Shown: piece after piece, positions 14,101 to 27,700 of the stretch | Layout: every line of letters begins with the position of its first letter | Position numbering within the stretch: position 1 is the stretch's first letter | Assembly (NCBI GenBank): GCA_040954595.2 | Contig: CM082589.2 | Coordinates: 7,251,186 to 7,315,185, forward strand | DNA length: 64,000 nucleotides | DNA from: Balanoglossus misakiensis | Lineage: Eukaryota > Animalia > Hemichordata | Direction: 5' to 3' | The notes under the pieces: generated by a model | Seen by the model: the letters and a program-made list of their open reading frames with translations, nothing else | Database searches by the model: none | Told to the model about the DNA's origin: nothing | Translations under genes and position numbers: made by a program

Positions 14101-15525
14101 TGTGTACCTCTCATTTTGATTACGTATATAAAGCTTGATCCTGAAACATGCCAGCTTTTTTGGCATGAAATAATGAAATATATTTTCTGTTCCTTCATTT
14201 TGCCGAAAGGGACTGTGATTAGGCCCTATGCTAACTGAAACTTATTCAAGAAACTAAAGTTTACACATCTGGACAAAAAAGGTGTTGATTGATGTTAAAA
14301 ATCGGAGCTTTTACTGCATGGAATTCCGTTAACGTTAAAAATGACCATCATTTCCCCCAGGTTCTCTATCTACGCGGATCTTACAACATCCGACGAAACT
14401 CCATGAGTAAAACAGACGAACAAGTTTATGAAGAGGAAGTGGATGAAGAAACCAAACTACGTCACAAGATAGAAGCGGTAAGTCAGCCAATCACGTGTAG
14501 GTTGACATATAAACGATGAAGAAAATTGCAACTCACGTGTCGTCTGCTCGGGCAGTGGTCGTATCATCCCTGCCTGCTCGTTGTTCTGCCTCTGTGTTAC
14601 CACGCACCTTTTACTGCCTGGGTGTCGCTGTCTGGAGTCGTGCTTGCACGTGGACAGGACCACACTTTTTCCACCTAACTGTTGTTTGCTGTTGTCCGAG
14701 GTTTTGTCTTGAACAGTTGCGAGAAATAAAGGTGACCGCCGCTCGAATTTTGGATAAAGTAAACGCCCAGTCCGATCATGTTCTTGATTAATATGAGCAT
14801 TCCATATGCCACTGATAGCTGCTGTCAATGTCAGATTGGCGTAGACCGGTCACGCGACAAATTAACAACAACAAAAAATTAACACCACCTGCGTTTCTGC
14901 GCCGTTAGCCAATTAAACTTTAGCTATATTGAAGCCCCATAAGCTATAACTTTTTAAATCGATACCGTTTTTGTTGTATATCAGCTGTATTTCGTGAACT
15001 GTGATCATCGACCACCATTTTTTCTACTTCCAGGTTGAAAAGGAAATACAACGGGTAAGGAAGGAAATCGATCGGCGAAAGAAGTTCGGTCGCTACGCCA
15101 CCATGCGTGGGTGTGGTCTCTGGTTCTTCGGGCGGCACTTCAGTTGCACCTGCAGCGACCGCAGCGAATTCGGCGACGGAGCCGGCAGCAGCATGGTCGA
15201 AGCCGACGACAACCACCACCACGCGGTCGCGTACACGAACCGGGCTCTGGATATCTCCGAGTACAGCATCTCGTCGCGGTTCCGCGAGAGCACCAGCACC
15301 GGTACCTCGGCGGCGTCCACCTCGGTCACCGCGATGGATCTGAAGTCCGAGGCCGCGGAGTTGTCGGACGTGAACTTGGACGTGGACGGACAGGAGAAAG
15401 TCGACACCGCGGCAGGAAAGCCGCGAGAATCAGTTCAGAAGACCTCAAGCGGCGGAGGGGCGCCATCTACGCTGGACGTGATAACAGAGAACGGAGACGA
15501 CCCTTCTTTAACCGTCAATATATGA
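365..15525 (+). CDS. GABA-B receptor-like class C GPCR (Venus flytrap + 7TM + coiled-coil tail); 5' exons lie outside the window
   Basis: Exons 365-535, 5575-5676, 6633-6698 (GC donor), 7567-7761, 8615-8765, 9343-9449, 9758-9821, 10300-10398, 10803-10953, 11390-11522, 11847-11957, 12275-12397, 13449-13563, 13771-13988, 14361-14477, 15034-15525 splice in frame (2415 nt). Motifs VSYGASNPALSNRKRYPSFYRT, ARIILGNF..ARRVFCEVYK, YAWILLGWY, YDAVWSIAL, GKPPKD, FLSYETREVKIRSLND and IFVPK match the GABA-B family. Confidence 0.9.
780..1880 (+). repeat. ~361-bp subterminal tandem repeat, about 3 copies (left arm)
   Basis: Unit GGGTAGGGGAA(A)CTT...GTAACTCC.GCAAAA...CCAGAACAGTCAT recurs at ~790, ~1152 and ~1514. 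Confidence 0.85.
2197..3150 (+). pseudogene. Disrupted, truncated transposase 5' fragment (left arm)
   Basis: ATG at 2197, in-frame TAG at 2224 and 2395, a 36-nt deletion relative to the right arm after HYHR, a frameshift near 2950, and truncation at the ~3150 junction. Confidence 0.7.
3148..3729 (-). pseudogene. Truncated transposase 5' fragment (right arm, open 193 aa)
   Basis: ORF MASPSSIP...HICLFC...ELVAAEGHYHRKCYRDYTRPDIQAA ends at the foldback junction. Confidence 0.7.
4045..5150 (-). repeat. ~361-bp subterminal tandem repeat, about 3 copies (right arm)
   Basis: Reverse complement of the 780-1880 array. Confidence 0.85.
6355..6492. mobile_element. MITE family D (TTAA-AGG termini), internally deleted copy
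   Basis: TTAAAGGGTATAAGGTCACCTCTAATT...GGTGACTGTATTCCTTTA, homologous to 8282, 20694 and 20923. Confidence 0.6.
7222..7422. repeat. (TATG)n microsatellite
   Basis: About 50 perfect tetranucleotide units. Confidence 0.98.
8282..8475. mobile_element. MITE family D
   Basis: TTAAAGGAGCACATTCACCTCCAATT...GGTGACCGTATATACCTTTAA, homologous to 20694-20885. Confidence 0.75.
10036..10207. repeat. Compound (GACA)n/(GACT)n microsatellite
   Basis: Seen directly. Confidence 0.9.
11047..11157. repeat. Compound (GACA)n-(GA)n-(GACA)n microsatellite
   Basis: Seen directly. Confidence 0.95.
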
Positions 15526-18471
15526 CATAGTAACCTCGCATGAACACATACCAAAATAACATATTTTAAATCCTAATAATTCATTAAACTATACTATTCA
15601 AAGTGGTCTTTATTTTTTTTATATCACAGTGATATTTTTCCCATGAGTACCCAAGCACGCCGTTGTCATGGTAACAGAAATGGCCGACGTGCCGAATTGT
15701 AGATTCTGTGTAAAGCACAGGATACAGTTTTTTCAATCAAGCAATTTTAGATGTTTTGAGACATTTTACCAAGTTTGTAGGCCTATAGTAATGCACGAAT
15801 ATATAGAAGAAGGTGGTAAATTGTACCACGCACTATTTTTGTATCACCTCATATCAATCACTTTACCTTGACAATAACAGAAACGTGTACCAAAATCGAA
15901 ATTATTTGGATCAACTTTAGCGTGCTTTTAGTAGAGTTGAGGTCGGCTTATTGTAAGAGAATATTCCGCCGGAAGTTGCGTCATGACGTTTTCCCTTTCA
16001 CCCTGGCCGCCATATTGTTTGGCTTGTCTGCCAAACGTACTACGTAGAACGGCCAAAATCTAAAATTATCACAACCTTTCAATTAGATTCCGTTTTAAGG
16101 TTTTAATAAATATATCGAACCATCTAACAGTTAGGTATGAGTGTAGAAAGGAAAAATATGTCATGGTTATGCGACATACCACAACCACATAATTTCATAT
16201 GCGCACATTTTGAAAAGACATATTTTGTAATTTTGTAGATGGTGTTGATGTTGCTATCTGACGACGTTCAACCGATTTTCACTTCAAGTATGTCATTTTT
16301 CTCCTTGATGTTTCACAAATATTTCTCTATTTTAATGTTTGGTCCTCGTCTAGTACATTTTCGCTAGATCGTATAAGTGGCAGAATGACGATCAGACACG
16401 TGACGTAAAACGTCACAGTGAAATACATTGTAATTAGTATTTTAGTAAGACGAATGTGTAACCACAAAACCAATCCATTGATCAAAACTGAATTTATCTT
16501 AGCGTCATTTGTTAGAAATGTCACACGATATTAAATTTTCCTTGCAGCACAGACAATGGTGGTTCTCAGTACTTTTATCACTATAAAATAAATTACAAAG
16601 ATTCAGACATAATCTGTATACTCAATAATATTGTCACCTAAAGTGCAAACCAACTTTTTTATAATTGGGGAATAGGGACCTGTTTATGGTCTTTATATTC
16701 TTCAGAAATATTTAAATTTTCAGATGGAAGACAATCGATGATTTAGATTGCATAGGTTGTGCTTTGCGTGACTTTTCACTTGACAAATGGTTGCACATGC
16801 CAATATCTTTTCCTGTAATATGGCATAAAACGACTGTAACAAAAATATTTAATCGTTTTTGGTATTTTGACTGTATGTTTTGATATCTCCGGTCTAGAGG
16901 AAAGGAATTTCATGAAATCTATCAGAAATTTCTCGATGGTACACGAAACTATTACAATTTTATTGTTGTTGTCATATTGACGAATTGCGACCTGTAGATG
17001 TGAATATGGCGCCCTCTGTAGATGTGAAGTATTCTTCTTCTGTCTTTATGATACCAGTGGTTTTGAAATAAAGTGTGTGGTGTCACTTACAGGAATGCGT
17101 TGTTGTGAATAATTAAACTTATACGTGAAATATTGGTGTTTATGAAATGAAGAAATATCACTCATTTGTGAGAAATAACTACAAAATTCTTTATTCAGCC
17201 GTCCCCAGTAACCCAATAACATCAGCAAGGAATGACAGGACAGGAAAGTAAATGAAATGTAATTTTGACCTTTGACCTGTATTTTCTTGCTGAGATAAGG
17301 ACATACAATGGTAAATTAAAAATTACTGTAAATGAACCACCGAAGGTACTGATGTCCTATGTCAAATCTTCATTTCGGATTGTAGTCATGAAATAACAAA
17401 GTGTACAGTGTTACACTCATACAAAAACTCATCTCGGCGAAGTCTCTTCAAATTACAATGACAACGCCTGTTATCTCAAGGTTCTCAGTTGCTGTATATT
17501 TTGCAGAAAGGCAGTTCTTCTTGTAAGATTTTAATAAAGTAACTTCCACATTCATGTGGAACATGGGCTTTTGACATCGAGTTGAATACAGTCAATAAAC
17601 TTCTTCAAACTAAAACAATCATCTAGTCATAAAAATTTCAAATAACTGCACTTTGTTGATTTAGGTGTATAATTGTGATAATCGAGTTGTTTTACGAAGA
17701 CTAAATAAAACAAGTTGAAAAAACAAACAAGTAAATCAAGCAGTGATAGAATCCATAAAGTCAAAAATATATCATATTGATAAAAAGTGTTTAAATCTGA
17801 ATAAGAATCATTCATATAATAATTTATATATTTTATGAAATATATTCATGCAATGGATGAGATGATGCACACATGAACAAAAATTAACGATACAGTATTT
17901 CAAATTATTGCAACTTTTGTTTGAATATTAAGGTGAGTTCTTTGCAGGTGCAAGGCTTAAGTCAGTACTGTAGCACACTGTGAGATGTTGGGTTGTTATT
18001 TACACGTAAATGAAAAAAGTATCAAAAACAAATCAACAGAGGGTGCCCGAACGAAAAACAACAACAATATAAACATCTATAAAACCATATCAAGAAGTCA
18101 TAGTCCCTGCAGGATTAATTGGTTATGAAAATATTTGAGATTGTTTGGAATGAAATCAGTCAAGTCCCTTGGGGACTAATAGAATCTCACACTCCCGAGG
18201 ACCTGGGATCATATTTCTCACACGAGTTGGGGATTTTCTGTCCCACACGAGTCGCAGCTCGTCATATACAGCTTTCGATTAAGCAAGAGTATGGGATCAA
18301 TTTGTTCTCACACTCTGTTCTCACACTCCCAGCGTGCCAGGAGTGTGAGAAATAAAACTCCCACACCCGAGCACGCCAATCAAATTTTTTTTTTTTTTTT
18401 TTTTTGGGGGGGGGGAAATTCCATCAAAAATGACAATATCAGCATCGAATAAAGTGTTGTCCCACAACTGC

Positions 18472-21400
18472 TCAATCCTTGTGCCATTTGAATGAAAATC
18501 GCTCTGTTAGCGCCCTGAATACATTCCCTGGAATTGTCTGATGTTGGTCGATCATTTTCTTGAGCGCAATCTCAGCCTGGTGGATGTAAGAAAAAGAGAA
18601 AGAATAAATCTGTCAACCTATGGTGTCATTCTGAAATCTCCTTTTGAGCTCAGCTCAGAGAAGTCAGTGTTTAAGTAGGAGAGATACGCAGAGAGAAAAC
18701 ACTGTCATATGCATATGCGTGAACTTGTGTTAACCCTAACGCTGCCAAGTCAGTTAAAACTGGTGAGATTTCCAGGGTGACTAGAATCCTGGCTCCCAGG
18801 CCTGTTAGACTGCCAAGTGCGTGTTTATCAGTAGGGCCTATACAAGACCCTCAGACCAATACAGTGCAAACCAGTGCGAATTGGTACATTTTACAGGGGG
18901 CTCAGACTGCCAAGTGTGTCTAAGCACATATGAGAGCCATGTCAAGACAGTCAAAATACGTTTTAGAAGAAAAAGTGGCAAATACGTACTGACACTGACA
19001 GATTTGACACCCAGTAACATTAGGGATAATTTGGATCTTGCAACAATGAAAAAAATTATAACTGACCTTCTTTGCAAGCTGCTGTGGGGTGAGATTCGGA
19101 TCATACGGAATAGGATCTCCAACAAAGGTCCTACGAACAAAACATGTACAGCCATATTACATAGTACTTCAGAGTAGAATTTTGTTGAGGATAGATTTTC
19201 AGGAAAAGGGTAATACTTTACAGATATGTCTGATACTTGGAATCATGAGTGTTTGTGGGTGCATTTACCGGTAAGTACATCTACATATGTCAGAGTTCAC
19301 TAAGCTAAAACACACCTCATTTTAACAGGAAAACCACCATATATTGGAGCACAAGGAAAACGTATTCTCTCATATATCCTCTGAAAATATTTTCTGCCAA
19401 TTGAGACCGTTCTGAACGCTTCTCGACAATTTTGAGTAAACAGTGGAATGATAGGCTGAAAAAAATAAGAAGTCTGTTATTTATTCAAAATATAGAGTGA
19501 ATATATTTCACCAATGAAATGTTTTGTATAAACTATTCATGCACAGCTAACACACATCTTTTGCATATTGATAACAGAATTTCATGACATGACTGCTATA
19601 GATACAGACCAATAAAAATACAATACTGCAAACAACAGCAACAACAACAACAAAACAATGCCAACACACAGACAAAACATGACGTTTTGAATGTCATGAT
19701 ATGTAAGTTCAGACATCTATCGATACAGAACAACAAAATTACAATATTGTAAACAACAACAACAACAATGCCAACTCACAGCTTTAGCTTCAATGGCACA
19801 TTTCGCAAATCCACATCTATTGTTCCAGAGAATTTCGTAGTACTCGTCGCTGAACTGGGCTTCTCTGACGCCCCCAGGCGACAAGATGATGAGATTGTCG
19901 TTCTTCAGCACTTTCACGCATTCTTCCACACTCCCCGGAGAGACACACATGGCTTGGAGAAGTAATTTGAACCCTGGGGGGGGGAGGGGGAGAGGGAGAG
20001 AGAGAGAGAGAGAGGGAGAGAGAAATCAGATGTCACGGTGATGTTCTTCTGAAAGTTACGCTATGTAACATATCAAGCCATTTTTTAGTCCGATAAACCC
20101 TCTTCTTCCCCCCCCCCCTTTCCTACTCAAACATATACTGTAAAACACTTTATTTTCGCGAGAAATAAATTTTCACGAAATACGCGAGAGACAAAACAGC
20201 GTGAAAATAAAAAGTCGCGTAATTTTTTTTGAAGATAACGATACAGTGAATGAAAAAAGAGAACGCGAAAATTAATACTCGCGAAACAGTGGCCTCTCTC
20301 GATATCGCAAAAATTTCAACTCGCGAAAATAAAGTGTTTTATACGGTATAACAAACACATTGAAAATGCATCTTTAGTTCCGTGGTCACGAAGTTTGAAA
20401 GCACAGAAGTGTAGCAGTGATAGAAATGGGAAGAAATGTGGCCACCTACCTGGTAGCTTGAATAAAAATTTATCCCCAATGCAGTGAGGCATTCTGTGTT
20501 TGTACAGGGCCAACTTGGCGATCACGTAGTAGGCATCGATCGGTATAGCACCATGGTAGTATATCAACACGGCCGGGCCCTCGTCCGGAATCTTCTCCAG
20601 ACCAATAATTTCATAACCTGTGGACGATGAAATTGAAAGTGTTTACATATTGTAATGAAACCTGTCTATTGAGCACACCTTCAGAAGCTATCCTTAAAGG
20701 TATACAGTCACCTCCAATTTCCATACGCCCATATGTGGCTGAATGGAGTTTTTGAGCGTTCTAAAGAACATATGGTGGCACTCGTTTTTTCGCGTGTGCC
20801 ACCCACTGAAAATCTGTGATTGGCTAGATCTCAATTTACCATGGTAACTATAGCTAAATTTGCATAGGTGGCCGTATACCTTTAACCCTTTCACCCCCAG
20901 TTCCCTCCTTAGATGTCCAACCTTAAAGGTATACGGTCACCTATGAAAAATTAGCTGTAGTTAATACCATGACAAAATGAGATCTAGCCAATCACAGATT
21001 TTCAGTGGGTGGCACACACGAAAAAAAGAGCGCCACCCATATGTTCTTTAGAACACTGAATGCTCCATTTCAGCCATATATGGGCGTATGTAAATTGGAG
21101 GTGACTGTATACCTTTAACATAGAAAACAATGGTTTTTGGACTGGCCCATGCGCAGGTGAATGGGTTAAAGGGGAAGCTCAGTCCAGCTGATTTTTACAT
21201 ATTTGGTAGCTATGGGTTCAGTTATTCAGGAAAACCAATTTCCCCACGCATAACTGTGACAATTGAAAAAAAAATGGAAAAATACATTGAGAGGTATCTC
21301 TACCAGGGCAGGTTTCACTGTACTATATAACTCTGTGTTCAAAACATAAGAGTTCAAAGGTGAATCGCGTTGTCACCTGACACACACACTGAGGTGCCAT

Positions 21401-21699
21401 GAAAGTTGCTATGGTGACTCACCATGCCAGATGTTGGCCTGAGCTTCCCAGAATGTTGCGATGCTGTGTCGGGCACCGTCCCAGAATCCCCTGGAGTAGG
21501 CGTCAACTAACTGATGCCTGGATTTGTAAATATGACAGAACACCGCGCAGCCGTACAGGAAGAGAACGATCACCGCCGGCAACACGAACATCACGATTAT
21601 CGGCGTGAACAGCCATATTAGCCATTTGATCAGATCGAAGTCCAAATGCAAGACGATGTCATGAATCCATAGGATGTAGTCAAGTATTAATTCTTTCAT
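18472..21699 (-). CDS. TMEM68: Transmembrane protein 68 (DGAT2/GPAT-like acyltransferase)
   Basis: Exons 21699-21423, 20617-20450, 19973-19780, 19455-19316, 19130-19067, 18576-18472 give 315 aa. Motifs FWDGAR, WHGYEIIGLEKIP, YYHGAIPID, SPGGVREA, PIIPLFTQNCRE, PIYGGFPVK and GDPIPYDP. The start codon could lie further upstream. Confidence 0.93.
18730..19029. mobile_element. MITE family E (TTAA-CCC termini, piggyBac-like)
   Basis: TTAACCCTAACGCTG...CAGTAACATTAGGGATAA; second copy at 45581-45898. Confidence 0.75.
20136..20348. mobile_element. MITE family B (TA TSD, CTGTAAAACACTTTATTTTCGCG TIRs; Tc1/mariner-pogo-like)
   Basis: ~210-bp element with TIRs; eight copies in the window. Confidence 0.8.
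20652..21322. mobile_element. Nested MITE cluster: pogo-like outer element containing two family D copies and a piggyBac-like MITE
   Basis: Outer TIR remnants TGAAACCTGTC and GGCAGGTTTCACTGTA. Family D copies at 20694-20885 and 20923-21118 (inverted). TTAACCC...GGGTTAA element spans 20882-21169. Confidence 0.7.
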
Positions 21700-24630
21700 A
21701 GTAACTTCATGCTGCAGAGATAGTTTGTGATGTAGTGTCCAGTTGACGCAGATGTTTCTGAAATTATGAAAAAAAAAGTTTTTTTTATAACAATATCTGA
21801 TGTCCATTCCGCCATTTTGCTGTACACATAACCTGACGACCCAAGTGAATTCTAAGTTTTAATTGTGGTCGTAGGTGGTGCTAGCACGCGACAGAGATTT
21901 CTGTTGCAATACTATGACAGGCTGGGTGCCATGCCAGAACCAGAACCCCTTGAATCCAACACACATTTAACCACCGTTACCACGGAAAGTAAGAACCCAA
22001 GTTGGGTGGCCACATGGTCAATAGAAAATTGAGACACTCATGTAGTATATGAGCATATGATATATACATGTACTCTATATATTCTTTAAAGGATTTACAG
22101 AGTAAATTAGTAGTTTTAACATTTGTATAGAAAGTGGTAACCGTGACATACATGTAAGCCATGGTCCTTGTCCTTTGCCTAATAATGTGGACCAAATCAA
22201 TTGATAAGTGTAATACTAGATATCAGCCATGTTTATCATGTTACCCATAAAAACATTAGCTTCCAAGAGGTCAATACACTTTTAACAACAACACAATACT
22301 GGAGACCACTATTCAATCTGCTATTGGAGTAATTCCTAGAGCTACAGACAAAAACTTTACTGAATAATTTCATGAGGGTCATGGTTGCATGATATCACAG
22401 TTTTCGTTCATACAACTTCATGTCATAAACAAAGAGATTTAGGTAAATTGTTTAAGTCAACATCAATACACTGATGTTGGGCAGAATACCTGTAAACAAG
22501 TCAACACCTCTTCGTCTACCACACAACACAGACAGCATCAACAGAAATTTGAAATCCCTGGTCTTATAAACCCAGGGCAGCAAAATAAAGCCAAAAACCC
22601 AGAAAAATACCTGTACGCTGGTTCAACATAATAATCTGAAAAGAGCGGGCTGGTTTCCCAAAATGTCAAGTTCTCCATGATGAGCGTGCAGTGCCTTTTA
22701 GAACAATGGCAAGAAACTTACTGACTTCACGGTCCTGATTTGGTAGTATTTACTGAGACATATGTTTATGTAACACTCCCAAGAATCTACTGATAGGGGC
22801 AAGCAGGGTGCATTGTTTGTGAAGGTGTACATCATGCAAGTGCATCGGTCTGAATGCTATCTGTGTCAGTTATCAAAATGAGAAATCCAAGTCACGGGTT
22901 CAAGGGAATACTAACCCCAACATGAGTGTGGTCCCCCAAAGGCCGATGATCGCCTTATGCGCATGTGCGTAATTTTTTTTTTTTTTCCAAATTTACATCC
23001 AATCCAAATGTACTGCAAATTTCTCATTCATTGAAATAGTGGACTGTTTCGCTTCCTACCATATTTCATGCGCACCATATATTAAAGTAGACTTTAGTTT
23101 TATCTCTTCTTTTCACTCAATTTGCCGTCTTTTCCAGATCTCTGAAACAGACTATGGTCGCCGTGATCTTGTATGTAAATTGTTGTTAGGATAACTAGCA
23201 AACTGCCTTATGGCATTGGCTGTATATAGTGTTTGTAACCAGAGTCTCTAGTTTGGCATAATCAGTGAAATTTGTTGCATAATGTGAGTGTAATCATTTT
23301 GTCTCATTTATAAGCCAAGTACATAGCTTTTCACTTTTTTCTTTTTTGAATCTCATGAGAATTGCTTTGGTTATTTCACTCAAACACACATGTATGCTGA
23401 GTTGATATGGAAGACTTTTTACCCATGATGCAACTCTCCACCCAAAATGCAGGACATAGTGTAGAATTAGGAAACTGATCATAATGAAGGGTGTGGACAA
23501 AAAACACCTGAAAGTTCCAATATACAGTGAAATAGTGAATCCACACCTCTCAGATATAAACAAGTCGAGCTAAATCCCTGTATGAAGCTGAATACGGTCT
23601 CTCCTCTACTGGACAGATTATTGATGAGTCAGTGCATGGAATTGTTTGTTCCAGACAGGTTTGAGAGGCTCAAAGTGGATTCTTGTCTCGATTTTTTGTA
23701 ATGCTGCGTCTGTGGCTGCTAATACTCTGCAAAGTAAGCTATGACATCAGAACTTCCTGAGTCACTTTCACAGCGACAATGGTGCAGCGTTAAATGGCCC
23801 GCCCATTAATGCGATTAAGGGCAGAAGTCAATTCCTATTCTTTCAATCGGACACTATTCCACAATGGGAACACGGACCTGTCCTGTATATCAGGGTCATG
23901 TGATGTTGGTGGTTATCTGGGATTTAGAATTACTCATTTCCTGATCATCTTGTTTTTTTTCGCTGACAGTGACATCCCAGGTCTGTGAGGCAGGGTTGTG
24001 AGTTAATTGTTATCAACTGTGCTTGGAGGCACATCTGTTACCATGGTTACATGTAACGCACAGCCCTGCCACACCACAGGTATACACACAATTAAATATA
24101 CATGTACAGTATATATAATATAGATATGGTTGTGTGTGTGCATATATATACATAATACATGTATAATTGCATAATTTACATATAATGTATTGTTGCTATG
24201 CAGTGGTATGTTTTATATTATTATTTGACAGTTTTGTGTTTTATTTTCAACTATTCAAAATTCATGGCATAATTTTTGAAAACTGAATAACCTGCATGTT
24301 TCCGACACACGTTTATAATTACAGATATTACCATGCGCACACTAAATTTGGCATTTGATTTTGAGTACGCTGCCTTGGGATTGTTTTGAGATGTTTATAG
24401 CTGTGCAGACTGTGCTCGATGTTACACGACGCGACGCATAGCACTGTATAAAGCACAGTGAAACGAGACCTCCGCATGATCTTACCTTATCAGATTAACA
24501 ACAGACTTTGTCTAGATCACTGCGTCTATCTACCTTGTCTTCCTACAGCTGGTAGCTCAGCTGTCCCCAGTGCAATCAGCTGATACACCGAAACTTCCTC
24601 TCGCAATGCAAGCCGGGTAAATAGCTCCAC

Positions 24631-24643
24631 CCAAGATGGCTGC
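24631..24643 (+). promoter_or_regulatory. YY1-like motif (CAAGATGGC) in the CpG-rich CCM2 5' region
   Basis: CCAAGATGGCTGC about 130 nt upstream of the CCM2 ATG. Confidence 0.4.
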
Positions 24644-24763
24644 GTCCATGAGAAGAAATCGACCGTCGCGAATATTTTCAGGAATAATTGTCCTTTTGTG
24701 AGGAATAATCTCTTTGGCAGATGGTATACAGAATGCTTAGATATAAGTCTAACAAGGGCTGGA

Positions 24764-27700
24764 ATGGATGATGATTCAAAAAGTCACGAACCGAAACGAC
24801 GGGTAAGAATAAAATCCTTAAATATTGTGGTATGCAAATTATTTAACAAGGAAGTGAGTGTCGCTTGTGCGATCGGTGTTATTTTCGCTGCTCAATCAGT
24901 AAATACTGAAATAATTTGCGCGATATTTCATAGGTGATCTGCTATGATACAGGGGAGTTTAATTCTGAAAGTCGATTGTGTGCAGGTCATCGGCGCTATT
25001 CAGAAAAGGCGACCACACCCATTGTAGTTATTGTGTGTGTGTACATTCAGCTGTTGGGACGCATCCAGCTGCGCTTGTTCTCAGTGTCAAAACAACACAA
25101 CGGCGTGACGTAAATCCGCTCGCTGGCTTCTCGGGACGGTGCTGCGTATATATGGACATAGAGATGCACGAAACGTAGCGTCGGCCAGATTCGAAAATGC
25201 ACTGCCCGCTGATATTTCACCTCGCAGAAATGGTACTACCTGCTTGTCACTTCAATACGTAATCCTGTAGTGATGGTATGTATGGTACATCTGCGTACCG
25301 GTGTACATGTAAAGACAAAGCAATTAACGCTTGGTTTTAATTATCAAAAGGCAATCCCGCTTTCACTAACAGAGATCGGGTTTTAATGCGTGTTTTTTAC
25401 GATCTCATGGATAACGTTTCATTTTCCGTGCGCAAACAGGTGTATGTGGCATTGTTTTAATCACTTACTGCTCTGAAACTGTTTGAAAGCACGTACATGT
25501 AGTCAGTGTTTGCTTTGTGTGACAACTGAGCCAGTTTACATGTAGGCAGTGAAAAGAAATGCTCATCAAAGCAAGCATTCTGGTAAATCCGTCAGATGAC
25601 TGGTTTGGGATCGAGTCTTTTTAGATGGTTGAAGCCTTTTCAGTCGTGTTTGGATGACTCACACGTTGATACAGAGACGGTTGTCAGTTTGGTTTGCGAA
25701 ATCGGCAGACAAGGTGACCTCATTTAGTTCACTCACATGGTGATCACATTGTTCATGCATGAAAAGTGGCGTACAAGTGTAAACACAAGATCTGTGTTGA
25801 TTCCGAATGCCAAGGTCACGCCAGTATTTTCTGTTACTTGTTTGGTAACCATATGCGAGTGGTACAGACAACAAACTTGGCATATTTTCTTTACGTTTGG
25901 TTACTTGCATTCTTTTGTATAAAAAGTAATATAACCTTCATTTGTCAACTCTGAAGGAGGGAGAGAGTGTTCCTCTGACGACTAAGGCATGGCATGTCCT
26001 TCAAGGCATGCTAGCCTCACCTGTCAACCGCCAATGAAGTATGGCTGCAAAGCGCATTCCATAACCCTTACATTGTAGACAATTTCCAATTTGAGTACCG
26101 TTGGCCAATTTACTGTAAAACACTTATTTTTCGCAAGTTAAAATTTTCGCGATATCGAGAGAGGCCAATGTTTCGCGAGTATTAATTTTCGCGTTCTCTT
26201 ATTTCATTCACTGCATCGTTATCTTCAAAAAAAATTTACGCGACTTTTTATTTTCACGCTATTTTGGCTCTCGCGTATTTCGCGAAAATTTATTGCTTGC
26301 GAAATTAAAGTGTTTTACAGAATTGACCAATAGCTATTTTTGGCCAGTACATTATTCTCCATTTTTTTTCTTCTCGCAGCAAAGTGGAGGAAGATTGATT
26401 CCTCGCGTTTTCTCCAGAAGCAGTGACAAAGACAAAAAGATGCCGCTGAGAGAAAGTCGTCCCATGCAAGAACAGCGGCGAGCTCTGCGCCCCTACAACA
26501 TCATAGGTCCCAACTACAAAGTAGATGCACAAGTGTTGATAGACAGCTATATTGAAAAAGAAATTAAGGTAAGCAGGGTTCTGTCCACTCTGGCTTAACC
26601 AGCACTCAAGTGAAAAAGCTATCAAAGGCTGCCTGCAGGCACTACTGTGAGCTCAATCTGGTCTTGTCTATTTCGATACATTGATGAATGGGTATGACTT
26701 GCAAGAGACATGAATATTAAAGGGACAAAGTCGCTCTCTCGCTGCCCTTTTTCCATTAATTATATTTGATACAAGACATCATTTATGTTATTCTAAATGT
26801 GGATATATAGTGAATCAATGTTCGACCACACGCAACTTCCATCCTGTTTGTAGCATATGAGAGTAAAAATCTTGAGATTTGAGACACACAATGAGTTTGG
26901 TTCCAAAGTTGATTTAAAGAAAAAAATGTATCTTTCCTCACACAGTATCTCGGACAGATACCCAAAATACCTGCAGATTTAGACCCCACCAAGAGAACTG
27001 ACATCCTGCGTGTTATAGATGAAGGAAAGGTAAGCATATAAGTTCTCAGTGTTATTTCATAAAAAGTTGGGCATAAAATCTGTGGAGAAGAATTTTTCTA
27101 ACAACTTCATTTTTATCTCCCCGGGCTTTTCTGAGCTGTTGGTACATTTACAATCTGTGTTTAACAAAAAATTAGTTACAGTACACATGAAATGTTCTTT
27201 TCTGACATGGAACAAACAATTCAATCGATTGACCTTAAATTAGCTAACAACCACTACTGTTAACATGGTTTGTACAATTTTTACGGATATTCGTAATTTT
27301 CCATGCTTATCATCCAGTGAAAGCATTCGTGCATAAAACTTAATGAGTTGCAATCAGCAAAGAAAACCTCTGTACAACTTATGAATGACAGTGACCTTTG
27401 CCCCTGAATGTCAACTCCACCCCGCCTCACAATACGTGTGCCCTTGTTTCTGTGGGCAAAACGCGACCACACCTCTGAAAGACAATGAAATTGGGGACAA
27501 AGGTCACATTTGAAGAGGGTTTTTTTTTATAGCCGATTCAGGCAGTCCACGGCTTATGCGGTCCTGGACAGTACTAAATTTTTACCTGAATCCTGCAAAG
27601 TTTAAACCAAAAGTTCTTGGAATTTCAGAAGAAAAATCCTGGAAAAAGTCACTTCCTTAGTTATCCTTGTAAAATACTTGATAAAAAGTCACGGAATTTG

